DNA of 64,000 nt from Octopus sinensis (GCF_006345805.1 NC_043001.1:70804001-70868000), one strand, 5' to 3'. Shown: positions 26,846 through 41,240, counted from the stretch's first letter. A program made the numbers and translations. Notes: generated by a model not told the origin, from the letters alone.

Positions 26846-27463
26846 AGAATAAGATATGTTCTCTTCGAAATTAACAAAAGAGTTTTCTGTAGTTAGATCA
26901 TTTTAACTCACTAATATACTTAGATATGCTTGGTAATCAAAAATACACCTTTTCAAATGAAATAGCAGATTCATGTGTAACTAACACTTCATGATTAACA
27001 TTAGTGCAGCCGATGAATGTTGCTGACTTTCTGCAAAATTCAAGTTAGGCCCCCATTGTTTTACTCCTCCTACATCTGAGACAGTGAGGGCTGTGTGGCC
27101 ACATACCGACGTTCTGCGTCTTATCCGAAGAAAGGACACTCGCCTGATTTACAAAAGATCAATAAGTGTCATGCTCCAGTTTTTAAGTCCAGGCGTGCCG
27201 TCTCGTTGCTGTATGGTTTCCATCGCTTTAATAGCCTCTGTTCTTCGGGGTTGACTGGTTTTGTTCTTCTGTCACTGACCGCTCATTCCGACTCACTCGT
27301 CTCTATATTTCTCATCACATTTGTTGTGCTCAATGATGCCTGCTCTTGATCTGATCAATATTTCCAATCTTTCCTCTGCACACGTTTCCTCTTGTATCTT
27401 CTCCCTGCTCCTGACTTCATTACAGATGTTCCACTATACCAGTTTACGTGAACCATCAATACC

Positions 27464-27697
27464 TATTTCTTTACTACCCACAAGGGACTAAACACAGAGA
27501 GGACAAGCAAGGATAGATAAACGGATTAAGTCGATTATATAGACCCAAGTGCGTAACTGGTACTTATTTAATCGACCCCGAAAGGATGAAAAGCAAAGTC
27601 GACCTCGGCGGAATTTGAACTCAGAACGTAGCGGCAGACGAAATACCGCTAAGCATTTCGCCCGGCGCGCTAACGTTTCTGCCAGCTCGCCGCCTTT
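27464..27697 (-). mobile_element. Young tRNA-derived SINE with 15-bp target site duplication
   Basis: TGAACCATCAATACC at both 27449-27463 and 27698-27712; - strand head GGCGGCGAGCTGGCAGAAACGTTAGC..GAGTTCAAATTCC. Confidence 0.92.
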
Positions 27698-27870
27698 TGA
27701 ACCATCAATACCACCAAGCTCTCCAATCTCGAAGAGCGTAAGAAGGTCACTGGTTATATCTTGTTGATTTGATTCAGCTGGTGAAATTGTAGTCACGTGT
27801 CAATGTCACAAGTCTACTTTCAAAGTTTGAGATGCCTTCCATTTTCTCTTTCACTCTTTCGTACAGGCAC

Positions 27871-27911
<41 letters not shown>

Positions 27912-27926
27912 GTACATGTGTGTGCC

Positions 27927-27969
<43 letters not shown>

Positions 27970-29879
27970 GTATAAGAAAGGGAAAATGCACTGGAAGTCA
28001 TTTAGGTGGTTTATTTATAAATTCTTAACTGGTTTCACAGATTTTTCTGATTTTCAAAGGTTAAGCGAGATAGAAAGATGCGAGCAATTTAGTAACTGTC
28101 TTGCTTCTGACTGGAGTTCGAACATTCTCTGGATTTTACGGAGTGAACATGCCTGAAGTTAGTATCTGTTTAGAATGCAATTTGATTGGCAAAGGCTGAT
28201 GACATGATTAGTCTTTGAAATTTCTGCAAGTTCCCTACTCCACTCGTGCATTATTATCAGGTAGCAATAACTTTTGCGCAGAAAGTTAAGTCAGATACAG
28301 TTGAGTGAATGTCTCTAGCGACAGTTCCAAGGCTCTCTAAATTTAATCTGTTAAGTGATAGAGTGGACAAGAATAGTTTGTAGGTACTCAATACATTTTG
28401 TTAGATCTCCTTTATTGTCCGGAGATAGTGGTTAGTGTGCTTGTACCTTGACGTTATTTCAGTCGTGATTTACATTTTTTGTGTAAATACATTCTTTTAT
28501 TTAGTTGAGTCTGAATTGTGGTATTGTTTGAATAAAGGAAAAGTGGGAAGACTTGGAATTTTGGAATCTTATTTGTTGTACTAATATCTCGACAAGGAAA
28601 TTAATCTAGGAGTTAAAGCTGTAATTTTTCGCTGCATATGACTATTGTGAGCCAAAAAGAATCGAGACTTTGTATATTTAGTATACACACAGACGGAATG
28701 GATATGATTTGTATGTATATACATTGACATAAAGTTTTGTTATCCACTAAATTCATACATCTGTGTTGAACAAGAAAAAGATATGATTGTACCCAACGTT
28801 GACCCTGTGTAATATTGAACGTACCAAGTGATAGACTGTGTCTGTGTGTGAGTAGTTGTTGGTGAATATATTTTCTTTGTATTTTTAAATAAATATATTT
28901 TCCTTGATCTGTGGTATTCACTGAAAAAAATTAAATTGAGGAAACTTGAAATTTAGGCGACGAAAAAGTAAACAATTACTAGGATTTCTATGTGCTAATT
29001 TGTTCGAAATTTAAGGTTGATGGGATGTTGTATGTTTATACAACTCGAAGTTGATTCGTTACTGGTATCCTTAATAGTATGGTTCTTGGGGAGTTTGGTG
29101 AAAACCGTAGAAGTAGATGGTTTGCATTCAAAATGAGGTAGGTTGTCACATTCGTTGATTGTTAAACTTTTTTTTTGTGTCGGTAAATACATACCGTGAC
29201 TTGTAAGGGACTACCTGCATCTGTTAAGCCACTTCCCTAAAACTATCAACACGGGCATTATTATCGTACCATTTGAGGTAATAAACATTTATACCATAAC
29301 CCCACTGCACAATGATCTAGAGGTAATCGGTTTCTGGCTCGAAAAGTTGCGTTATGAAACACTGGACAGGACTGAAAAACATTTCATCACAATTTTTCCT
29401 ATATTTCTACCAGTGTGGAATGAAATAACATTTTTTTTTCTTTTTATATATCATGAAGTTATATAGTATGTAGATGTATCAAGATGCTGTTGAACACGTG
29501 ACATCATATAGCGTTAATATAAGGGAAAACAACCAAACTATCTCAGCTCCTAATGCGCTTTTTTAAGCAAAACATCATAGACAATCTGACCCCCTTTTTT
29601 CTCTACACATACAAGTGATTGTTACAAGACATTTCCGACAACAGCTCCTAATCTCCTAAAGAGATCGTTATCACACTCTTCGGTACACAAATATTAAAAA
29701 AAGAAAACAAATATATTTGTACGACTTCTGAATGGGTGGTAAACTTTGAACTGTATTGTGAGGTACGCTTGAATGATAATTAACTAAAGTATGATTACAA
29801 ATATTTGATGCGTTGTCTAATAAACAATGAGACTGAATGCATTCTTGTAATGCTTTGCTTCTTAGACGAATTAAAATAT

Positions 29880-30270
29880 TGTTTTCTACTCTAGGCCCGA
29901 AATTTTGGGGAATGGGGCCAGTCGATTAGATTGACCCCTGTACGCAACAGGTACATAATTTATCGACTTCGAAAGGATAAAAGGCAAAGTCGACCTCGGT
30001 GGATTTGAACACAGAAAGTAAAGACAGATGAAATACCTATTTCTTTACTACCCATAAGGGGCTAAACACAGAGGGGACAAACAAGGACAGACAAACGGAT
30101 TAAGTCGATTACATCGACCCAAGTGAGTAACTGGTACTTATTTAATCGACCCCGACAGGATGAAAGACAAAATCGACCTCGGCAGAATTTGAACTCAGAA
30201 CGTAGCGGCAGACGAAATACCGCTGAGCATTTCGCCCGGCATGCTAACGATTCAGCTAGCTCACTGCCTC
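29880..30270 (-). mobile_element. SINE dimer / SINE-in-SINE
   Basis: Two successive GTCGATT..GGTAC..CGACCTCGG..TTTGAAC cores joined at GAAATACC|TATTTCTTTACTACCC (~30037). Confidence 0.85.
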
Positions 30271-30592
30271 ACACGAATAAATTCGCAATATTAAATGTTA
30301 ATAACAAATATATTATTATATCATTATATTATTACATTATATTAAATTATATTACATCAATTTATTATATCATATTATTATATCGTATTAAATTATATGA
30401 TATTATTATAACAATAATTAAGCCGGTGGACTAGCAGAATCGTAAATCGAATCCGACAAAATACTGTGCGTTCTGAGTACAAATAGCGGTGACGTCATCT
30501 TCACCTTCCGTCATTTTGTGGTCGATAAAAATAGCTACCCTATATATATATATGTGTGTAGATACATTGTATATATATATATCATATATATA

Positions 30593-31115
30593 CCGTAAAT
30601 CCTCGACTATAATCCGCATTTTTCCCCCAAAATTTAAAGGTAAAAATCCCTAGTGCGTACTATGTACGAGGTTAAAAATGGAAAATATTTTCTAAGCAAT
30701 GTCCGAGTGTCTATTTGCTGTCCGGCAATGTTTATTCAGACGCATTTTATGATGTCGGATGTGAAAATACCTTAAGCTAAACCTGAAAGCAAGGAAGTCA
30801 TAAAAGAATCATCCGTAACTTGCAATAAGCAATATTTACTAAACGTTATTACTGTTATTACTGTTATTTCTTTATTTTCTGCAAAACAAAAGTGCACAGA
30901 AAAGCTACACGTTTGCATTATGTTATATATACAATAAAAATACAGGACATTATCTTATGCAGTTTTTCAAACTATGGACGTTATATAGACCTCCTTGACT
31001 CAAGTTAGAGAGAGGGTACGTATTATGCAGAAGGTTTAGGTTTTTCAGAGGTACAGCCCCCTAAAAATCCCCTGCGTATTATACTCAAGGGCAGTCTATA
31101 CTCGAGGATTTACGG
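30593..31115. mobile_element. Tc1/pogo-type MITE with TA target duplication
   Basis: TA|CCGTAAATCCTCGACTATA ... TATACTCGAGGATTTACGG|TA; no ORF; sits in (TA)n. Confidence 0.9.
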
Positions 31116-31241
31116 TATATATATATATATACGTATATATATATATAATATATATATATATATATTATATATATATATATATATATATCATGTATCTACA
31201 TCATATATTTCATATATATATATGTATGTATGTATCATATC

Positions 31242-31405
31242 AAGGCGCAGGAGTGGCTGTGTGGTAAGTAGCTTGCTAACCAACCACATGGTTCTGGGTG
31301 CAATCCCACTGCGTGGCATCTTGGGCAAGTGTCTTCTGCTATAGCCCCGGGCCGACCAATGCCTTGTGAGTGGATTTGGTAGACGGAAACTGAAAGAAGC
31401 CTGTC

Positions 31406-31469
<64 letters not shown>

Positions 31470-31690
31470 GTGTGTGTGTTTGTGTGTCTGTGTTTGTCCC
31501 CTAGCATTGCTTGGCAACCGATGCTGGTGTGTGTTTACGTCCCCGTCACTTAGCGGTTCGGTAAAAGAGACCGATATAATAAGTACTGGGCTTACAAAAA
31601 ATAAGTCTCGGGGTCGATTTGCTCGACTAGAGGCGGTGCTCCAGCATGGCCGCAGTCAAATGACTGAAACAAGTAAAAGAGTAAAAGAGA
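31242..31690 (+). mobile_element. Full-length tRNA-derived SINE with internal (TA)n/(TG)n tract
   Basis: Head GGAGTGGCTGTGTGGTAAG..GGGTGCAATCCC, core TTGGGCAAGTGTCTTCT, tail GCTCCAGCATGGCCGCAG..TGAAACAAGTAAAAGA. Fragments recur at ~4000, 49740, 53980 and 58740-59010. Confidence 0.85.
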
Positions 31691-31703
31691 GAGTATATGC
31701 ATA

Positions 31704-32578
31704 CGAAGTGTAGTCAAAAAGTATCCGACCTTGTTTTTTGTACACAAAATGATATAGCGTGAGCAAAATCGGCATGTGTTACACGTGGCCGCGTTCTTTC
31801 TGACCATGCAACAAAAAGTTTCGTGGCTGTAGGCTGCGCCATTCGCTCGCAGTGGCGCGTTGAGTTCTCACGTGAAGAATACGCTGTGCAATTTTTCTAT
31901 TTAAGCCAAGATGATCGAGCGCATTCAGCAAAGCTACAGTAGCACATTCCGCCAAAGCTTGACTATCGAGAAGATTCAGAAGGCCTTTGGGGATAATGCC
32001 ATGCGCAAAACACAAATAAAGAAATGGTACAACCGGTTCAAAGATAGCCGCACCTCAATGGACAGTGAGCCAAGAATATGTACCATAATGTCAAACAATT
32101 AAAAAAGAATACTACCTGGGTCTTCTTCGTCGCTTTCGTGAAGCTGTGCGGAGAAAATTACCCGAGCTGTGAGCAGAAAAGAACTGGAAACTCCACCATG
32201 ACAACGCACCCGCTCATTCTGCCCACGTCGTCCAAGCATTACTAATCAGACAAAAAACAACACTTGTTCATCAGACTTTCTATTCCCAGACTTGGTTCCA
32301 TGTGACGTTTGGTTATTCTCGAAGCTAAAAGATAAACAATCAAAGGGAGAGGACTTGAGTCACCAGAGGACGTTAAGCAAACTTCGACAGCACAGCTCTA
32401 CAGCAATCCAAAATGTGATTTCCAGAAATGTTTCTAGCAGTATCAGGAACAATGGCAGAAGTGTGTAGACTCCCAAGGCGAATACTATTACTATGAAGGA
32501 TTCTAAATAAAAATGGTGAATTATTAATATTACATGTTTCTTTTGGCCAAAGCTCGGATACTTTTCGACTCCACTTCG
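31704..32578 (+). mobile_element. Internally deleted mariner with both TIRs
   Basis: TA|CGAAGTGTAGTCAAAAAGTATCCGA ... TCGGATACTTTTCGACTCCACTTCG|TA; remnants KKWYNRFKDSR, LHHDNAPAHS and a YSPDLxPCD-like motif. Confidence 0.92.
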
Positions 32579-32712
32579 TATGCATACATGCACACACACA
32601 CAAACACACACACACATATATATAATAGTAGGGAATATAATTCCAAACTTACAGATAAACATTCAATTTAGCAATTCTAAATGAAATTTCACAATATATA
32701 ATATATATATAT

Positions 32713-33235
32713 AATTTAGAGAAAAACCTCTGTTAAATAATTCAGTAATGAAAGATGTTATTCGCACCATATAGGAAACATATACTATAAAATCCTTATT
32801 ATTAAAATCAAAAAGTACAAAAACAATAAATAGTAAATAGTAGTAAAAAGTCTACGCGCGTTTCGTGGCTATATTTTCAGATAGATAATAGTCATAAAAT
32901 CAATTCGATTTAAAATTAAGTCGATCGAAAATTAATTCTATTTAAAAATATAGTCACTCATCAGGTCTAAAATAATAATAATACTAATAAAATAATGATA
33001 GAATAAATCTACTTATCTTAACTTATACTGATTATCAAATAAATTTAGAAAAATACGTGTATTAACTATAAATAATCGAAAAGAATTAACACTATTTCTT
33101 AAAACCGCTGTCAGCCAGCAGCTGGTCTTAAATTCATATCAGGGCTCATCAATGGAGGGTTTGCGCTGTGCGATGGGGTGTTGTGTGTGTGTTGATGGGA
33201 CGGCTATCGTCTTTCTCCAAAGATGAAGCAATCGT
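32713..33235 (-). mobile_element. Family D single-arm element between (TA)n tracts
   Basis: Terminus AATTTAGAGAAAAACCTCTG resembles 14779; carries a hammerhead motif. Confidence 0.65.
32849..32968 (-). ncRNA. Hammerhead ribozyme motif with long stem II
   Basis: agac-CTGATGA-GTGACTATATTTT...AAAATATAGCCAC-GAAA-CGCGCG-TA-gact; stem II 12 of 13 bp paired with G10.1-C11.1. Confidence 0.75.
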
Positions 33236-33282
33236 ATATATTATATATATATATATATATAGATAGATAGATAGATTGATAG

Positions 33283-34390
33283 ATAAGCTTACTTGGAAAT
33301 GGATGCGTTGCGTTCAATTATATAATATATATATATATATGTATGTATATATGCATATGCATGCATATACATATATATATGTACATACATATACATAAAG
33401 AAAAGAAAGATGGACGATGGCAACGTGTGAGCAACGAGAGAGTAAAGAAGGAAGAGAGAGAGAGAGGGAGACAGATAGAAAATGGTGATGGGGAGAAAAA
33501 ATAATTAAAGAAAAGAAGAGAGAGAAAATGAAAGGGGGATAGTGAGAGAACAGTACAGGGTAGAGTCGCATCAAAAGTATTACGATAAACTTACTTGGAA
33601 ATGGCTGGTCGTTCTTTATGTTACTTGCCTTGTTTTCCATTTGTGTCTCACGTTGTTCGCATACCTAAATTTTCGCCCGCGTATTTCATGTCGTTTAAGT
33701 TTTGTACATATATGTATATATATAGATATCCACTTCCAAGTAAGTTTATCTTAATAATTTTGATGCGACTCTACCCTGTGCTGTTCTTTCTCCCCCTTTC
33801 GTTTTTCTCTCTCATGCTTTCTCTAATTGTTTTTCTCCCCTTCTCCGTTTTCTAGCTATATGTATGTCTTTCTCTCCCTATCCCTCTTCCTCCTTTACTC
33901 TCTCTCTCTCTCTCTCTCGTTGCTCATACCTGACCATCGTCCATCTTCCTTTTCCTAACGTGATCAACTTTCATTTCCTTCAGTCTGTCGAACAGACCAG
34001 AAGCTTTCTCATCAGCCTCCTCTGCTTTCTTGTCTCTTGTCAAAGAATATTCCTCCAGTGTTCCCTACCTTACTCGTCTGGCCTGACGGTCCTCCATGTT
34101 TGTCTTCCTTTGGCTTGTTGTATGTCTACACTGTCCTATTTTTGTTGCCAACTTTAACCCTCCTTAAAAATCCGAAATTATATTTTGGCTCGTGGGATCA
34201 ACTTTTTGAAGCCTCATATTGATGGTAATTGCGCGAATTAAATGTGGAGCAGATGGACAGCTGACAACTGATGACGTTCCTTTTTTATGTTTTGTTTTCC
34301 ATTTGTTTCTCCCAATGTTTGCATACCCATGCTTGACTTCGTATTTCAAGTTGTTTACGTTTTGTGACGTCCTGTACCCATATGTGAATA
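33283..34390. mobile_element. Family A element with internal inverted arms
   Basis: 33405-33605 is inverted to 33729-33950. GATAA.CTTACTTGGAAA occurs at 33283 and 33584, in reverse at ~33735-33750, and again at 40283. Confidence 0.7.
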
Positions 34391-34803
34391 TATATATGTG
34401 AAGTTCGTGTGTGTGTGTGTGTGTGTGTATTCATGTATGTATGTGTGTATGTATGCATATATATATAAACATACATTCATATATATATATGTGTGCATGT
34501 TTGAATATACAGATACAATACCAATATCAATTCCTTCTGGAAACTATCTTAAGTATGTCCTTGAGAACGATTATTTATGTAGTAATCTTTTGTGCCCAAT
34601 ATTTTAAGGAACTTGTTGAACTTTTTTATATCCTTAACATGTCCCTGTTACCAAAGACTGTATATATGTAATGTATCAATTTGCAACAACCAATAATTAA
34701 CGCAACCAAACTTCTACATGTTACTTTTGACAATCTTTTTCCAAAGAGTGAAACCGGTAAAATAAATAAACATCTTTTAAATTGCATTTTCAAACCATCT
34801 TTC

Positions 34804-34933
<130 letters not shown>

Positions 34934-35648
34934 TTTTACCATTCCACTGTTCTACATTTTTCGACATCTTGGCAGCTGAAGCAGCTTGTGATGCGATAGT
35001 ATCACCAAAATTATCGGCTATAGCAAGCAAAAATAATAACTGAAAAAAAATGCATTTGGATATACGACATGATAATAATGATACGTATATGTCTGTGGAT
35101 CCTTCGTGTAGATAACTTTAAGTTAACACATATTTGTGTTTATGGGTGCATGGCTTCTTTGTGAATACATATCGGTATACGTTTCTATATACCAGGGACA
35201 CACAGGAAGTCAATCGAATAGTAACATCGATTCAAATGTTATATATATTCATCAGTGTTTTACAACTAGACAAAATTTCTATATTTAATGCTGTCTAATC
35301 GTTTATTTTAACATAATAACATATATCAACCAATTGAGTAATATTTGCTTCTGTACCTTTGTCAATGAAGAATTAGGAATATACGAAGCACTCAAAAAAT
35401 GATTTTATCGATAATAGGTTCGACATTGTATCAGTGTTGAAATGAACAACTACATCCTATGACATTTGAACGTGCATGTTGCGATTGGATAAAAATAAGA
35501 AATTTATCCAGAGATCAGATCCGTAGGAACAATACAAATGCATGTATTTCTTGTTTCCGCTAAGACTGATATAATAATGGAAGAGCCACCTACAGATACA
35601 ACTAACACCATAATTCTGCTTAAGTGCAAGCTGCAGGAATATTGTGCT

Positions 35649-35710
<62 letters not shown>

Positions 35711-35942
35711 TATATATATACTACTGAAGTTAATATGTAAATAAGCGTAACACTAGATCTGTAAGAATAGATAGACACACTGGTTGTTTTCAGAGATCGT
35801 ATGCATTGCAAGCATTGTACACAGTGAATTATTATTGGGTACATATATGCATTAAAACACACACAGATAAAGACACTCACACGAACCCCACCACACACAC
35901 ACACGGATATATATATATATATATGTATATATGTGTGTGTGT

Positions 35943-35988
<46 letters not shown>

Positions 35989-36257
35989 GTGTGTGTGTGT
36001 GTATGTATGTTTTCAAACACACACACTTGCAGACATATATACCTGGTGTTATTGACTGCATAAACATGATGTAAGTTCGTGTACGTGTTACGTCCGTGTG
36101 TATACAAATATATGTATATATGTCTATATGTGTGTATAAAAGCGTATATAAACAGAGGGGGAGATTGAGACAGAGACAGAAGGAGAAAATGAAATAAAAA
36201 GGGAGATATAATGCAAGAAATAGAAAAAATGGTGCACGTAATATCATAATAATAATG

Positions 36258-36324
<67 letters not shown>

Positions 36325-36779
36325 TAATAATCAGATGAATGAAATTTACTTTCTCGTAAGCGATCTCTCTTTCGAATGGAAATCGAATTGTTCCCCTATT
36401 TAGCTACAATTCATTTAGGAGGAGGTAAAGGAAATTTCTTTCTACAGCAGTATGACATCGAATATATTAGTGAGAAAAGAATAGGCATTTTATTTTTCTC
36501 CGAGTGTGTTTCTCACGATGTTTCAGCTAACGTTACTTCACATGTAATAATACGAAGACTTCATGCATGGCCATCAACAACTTAATATTATTGTGTTTTA
36601 TTCACTTACACAGTTTTTACATTGATTGGAAAACGGGGAGAGATTGTTCGTTATATACTCTGGATCGATTTACAAATATGCAAATACAAGTCAATGAAAG
36701 AAATAAAACGAACCGAGCTCCATCTTTCATTGAATCATGTATCGAGTTAACAATAACTGTGCTTGAGAAGATCTCGGCC

Positions 36780-36857
<78 letters not shown>

Positions 36858-38784
36858 TTATGTATTTATGTATGTATATACCTATATATATATGTGTGTA
36901 TGCACCGATGCCATCATGGGATACGGACATTCAGTTATGATGATGAGCATACGCACACACACACGTACACACACGCATCAGACATATCACACATATATCT
37001 GTAGGACATACTAGTCTCCAGCTCCTCTATGTTGTGCAGATAACAATGTTTTTAGTGACTTCCGTACACATTACTCTCCTGTGATACTGAACAGTATTGA
37101 CACTAACGGCCAATGGGCAGATTCCACGAATACACATCGCAGCATGCTTGTCCTCTAGTCACTCATGCATCTCCCTACCAGAGAGAATGAGACTTCAAGA
37201 ACTGTAACATAATTTTATTTCAATATCTGCAGTTTATTGTGGTTGTTAACAAAATCGCTACTGTCTCTTCATAAAAGCTTTGTACATTTGTTCAGGATCT
37301 TTAAGTCCTGGTTCAAATCCCTCTGTGGACCAGTTTGTCTTTCATCCTTTTATTGCCTGTTAAATAGTAGTAGAGAAGTGTTGGCCTTGGTCTTGTAGAC
37401 GGTACTTCCCCATCCAAAATTATTGGAAATTTGAAAGGACTAATTTTTCAAACATAAACATAGATTTTCTATTTCGGTGTAACGCATCTGATATATTCAT
37501 GATGAAGGATCATCGTTGCATTTCCCCATTTATTGTTCTGCGATTCGCTTCAAGTTTAAACCTAAGCAGCTAGAACATCATCGATCTAGATTAAAAACAA
37601 AATACCAGTAACCCGTCTCCACTGGAATTAGTTTCTCTCAATACCTCCTGCATGTAACCACTTCTTTTCATTTCTACACTCCTTCCTTACCCAATCAACA
37701 AAAAATCCATTATTGAAATCTTTATATTTATTCATAGCATGCAATAAGTTCATGATATAATTTCCTTATTTCAAAATATGGCCGAATGGTTAAGAAGTCC
37801 ACTTTATAACCAAGAAATCTTCGATCGGTATGTTCTGTGTAAATGTTATTTGCTTTTTATTAAGGTATTTTTTTATGATTGGAACGGGATAGACTGAAGC
37901 TCTAGAATTCCATTGAATAGATCATGACTTAAATTCTAAAAGCACTTACACTGATTCTGCCCAACGATTAATTAACGATACAAATATCTATGGAAGGCTC
38001 AACCTCTTACAGATAATTCAATTAGTAGTTAATACAACTGATGAACTACTGAGTACTCATCGCTGAAAATGACGAAGAAGAAGCCATTCTCTATCTGCAA
38101 TCTTTCTTAGAAACTCGAACGCTCCCTTTACATCTTTCAGCTATCAATTATTAACAATGCTGTGAAACTAGGTTCTGATTCTCCGCTGTCTCAAATCTTA
38201 CATTAATTTTTTCTCGTGTTTCTCGAGAAACAACAACTCTGCACAAAAACTTATCGTATAAGGGATGTGGATTTTTCTTACTCATTTAAAGTAAGTTATC
38301 GTTTTCTAATTGACAGCTTTGTGGTAGTCGAAAACACAATAATTGTATTGCAAGATTCTTGGCAAAACAACATAAATTCTATATATGCTAATCTGTACTA
38401 CTTCACGGTAAGAGCCAAGCGATATGAGTATTCATCGGCTGAAAATGTATATTCGAAAGAAGTTATCGTTTAAACAAAAAAAAATTAAAGAAATGTCAAT
38501 ATATAAGTGACATATCAGTAGAAGATATATTTGGATTGGTAGTAGCATGCATTTCTAATCAGCCAGTAGGTACTTCACTTATTTAATGTTTGTTATCTTT
38601 AATTAAATAGTACCTTCACGCCTTACTTGGTAAAACCTAATTAAGACATTATTGATAAAGTAAACAACATTTATCCTAAATTGTATATTATAGCATTATT
38701 AAATCTCAGAACGAGATGTAAACAGTAATCGCTCGACAATGTAAAGTATAAAAGCCATCTCAATATGGCTAACCACAAAGGGGG

Positions 38785-38950
38785 GGTGTTACTGTAGCTT
38801 TTTAGCCCCAGGAGATCATCGTCTCCAGCTGGCTTTAGACACACTTTCTGTGCCCTTAAGGTCATCCCTTTTTCGTAAGCCTGAATGATACGCACCGGAC
38901 CGCGGTTTCGAGATTATTGTCTCTTATCAACGGGCGGTAATCACCAGATC
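38785..38950 (-). mobile_element. Family C fragment with a decayed hammerhead (38891-38936)
   Basis: TTTAGCCCCAGG..CCAGCTGGCT..GACACAC terminus; - strand cgcccg-TTGATAA-GAGA caataa TCTC-GAAA-CCGCGG-TC-cggtgcg. Confidence 0.7.
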
Positions 38951-39804
38951 ACGATGAAAGACAAGGCCTGTTTGCAAATATATAATGTACATTATAGTCG
39001 GTTAGGAAATGTGAGTGTGTATGCGTGTGTTGTTTGCCTGTGTATGTGTGTGTTTGTTTGTGTCTGTATGACAGTATTTGTAAATTTAAACAAGTTAAAT
39101 TGATGTTACCATAATCCTTTGCCGTTTAAGCAAATGTAACTCTTGTTGTTTTTGTGGCTTTTAAATTTATAAAAACAGATTGTCTTGACGTGTTTTACGA
39201 TTTCTTCAGCGTTCATCACATGACATGGCCTTTCACACACTTTTACTTACCATTATAAATCAGAGTAAATCACTCTTTACATAAAACATGAACTAGACTT
39301 TAGCTTTAATGGCTTAAACTTTTATTAATAATTTAATCACTATACCAGAAGTTGGGTACCTATCGCAGCTATGTTCTGCAAATGGATCACGCGGAGTTTC
39401 TATCCTCTGATCAGTGATCAGTTAATCCTGAATTTATGTTAGAACGATCACTTTCATTTTCTAAGTGCAATGAAATTAAATATAAATTGTAATAGTACAT
39501 TTCATATTGCTCAACAAATTATTAAATGAAACTGGATCTTAACTAATTATATTCATCTTAGGTTACTAAGATGCGCTATATAGTGCATAAATTAATATTA
39601 AATATTGAATCTCGCCGTCAGTGAATGCTCTGTGCTGTACATAAATCTATCACAGTAATTAACAAGTTTGTATTTCATTTAAATAGTGATCTGCTAAATA
39701 TTTGTAAGCATGTGTAAAGGCACATTTCCTTTAAAAAGGTATTCATTAAATGTAAGCAGCAGTTGATCAATGTTATTTTGTTTTTATGGGATATGTATGT
39801 ATGT

Positions 39805-39840
<36 letters not shown>

Positions 39841-39842
39841 AC

Positions 39843-39884
<42 letters not shown>

Positions 39885-40282
39885 ATACATAGAATTACAC
39901 ACACACACACACACACACAAGTATATATATATATATATATATATACATATATACACACACATATACTCATATAAGCATATGTATATTTATACATATATGG
40001 AAAAACAGCAAAGTGAAAACTTTTGTGTAGCATTTATACTCCATTACACATGTCTTAGTTTTTAATAGGAATTAGAAAATCTTACATGTCATAATCACCA
40101 CACATTTGATTGCAATAAGGGAATCAATAGATGTGCATCACGATGTAAAAGCTGGGATTTAACCTACCCGCCAATATGTTATAAGGCTCCATGCTCCAGA
40201 ATGGCTACAGTCAAATTACTGAAACAAGTAAAAGAATATATATATATAGAGAGAGAGAGAGAGTGAGAGAGCGAGAGGGAGA

Positions 40283-40345
40283 GATAAAACTTACTTGGAA
40301 AAGTGGTGTCCGATCATATAATAATATAAATAATATATAAATATA

Positions 40346-40390
<45 letters not shown>

Positions 40391-41222
40391 TATATATATG
40401 TACATACCTACATATGTATATATATATATATACATGCATATATGGGTACAGGACATAAAAAAACGCTGAATACAAACAGAGAAACGAGACATACAACATA
40501 AAGAATACTCCCCTTCATCAGTCGTACCTGTTTCATCTACCCCGCGTTTCCCAAGGCAAGGACAATACGGGACTTCGTTGAAACAGTCCTTCCCGCAAAG
40601 CAAATTAAATAATATTTGGGATTTTTTGCGGAGGGTGAAACTGGTAACAAGAACAAGACAGTTAGAGCTAGACAGTAAAAACAAACGGTGAGGACTGTTA
40701 AGCCAAGACAATAGAAAAATTATTATGAACGCTAGGAAGACGAGCTTATGAGGGGAGACATGTATAAGAACGTGTTGTCTTTAGGAAGGAAATGGGTAGA
40801 AAGATAGATTGTTTTTCGTCACGTGTCAGCAACGAGAGTGTCAAGGACAAAGAATGAGATAGAGGGAACGGGGAAGAGGAGAGGAGAAGAATAGGGAAGG
40901 GTAGGAGGGAAATTTAATTTGCTTTGCGAGAAGGACTGTTTCAACGAAGTCGCGTATTGTCCTTGCCCTCGTGACGCGGAGTAGATGAAACAAGGACAAC
41001 TGATGAAGGGTAATATTCTTTTTGTTGCATGTCTCGTTTCTCTGTTTTTCTCGTTGCTCTAAAATATGTTCGTTTTCTATGTTTTTCGTTTTCTGTTATC
41101 GTTTCTAATTGTGTTCAACGTTTTTTAATGTCCTGTACCCATATATGCATGTATATATATACATATATATGTAGGTATGTACATATATGTATGTATATAT
41201 GCATATATTTATATATTATTTG

Positions 41223-41240
<18 letters not shown>
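40283..41240. mobile_element. Family A foldback
   Basis: ~40315-40610 is inverted to ~40912-41230; the spacer resembles the reverse complement of ~34020-34190. Confidence 0.75.

Noticed and set aside
28192-28230. CTGATGA...GAAA
   Set aside because: No stem II, no palindrome, no stem I.
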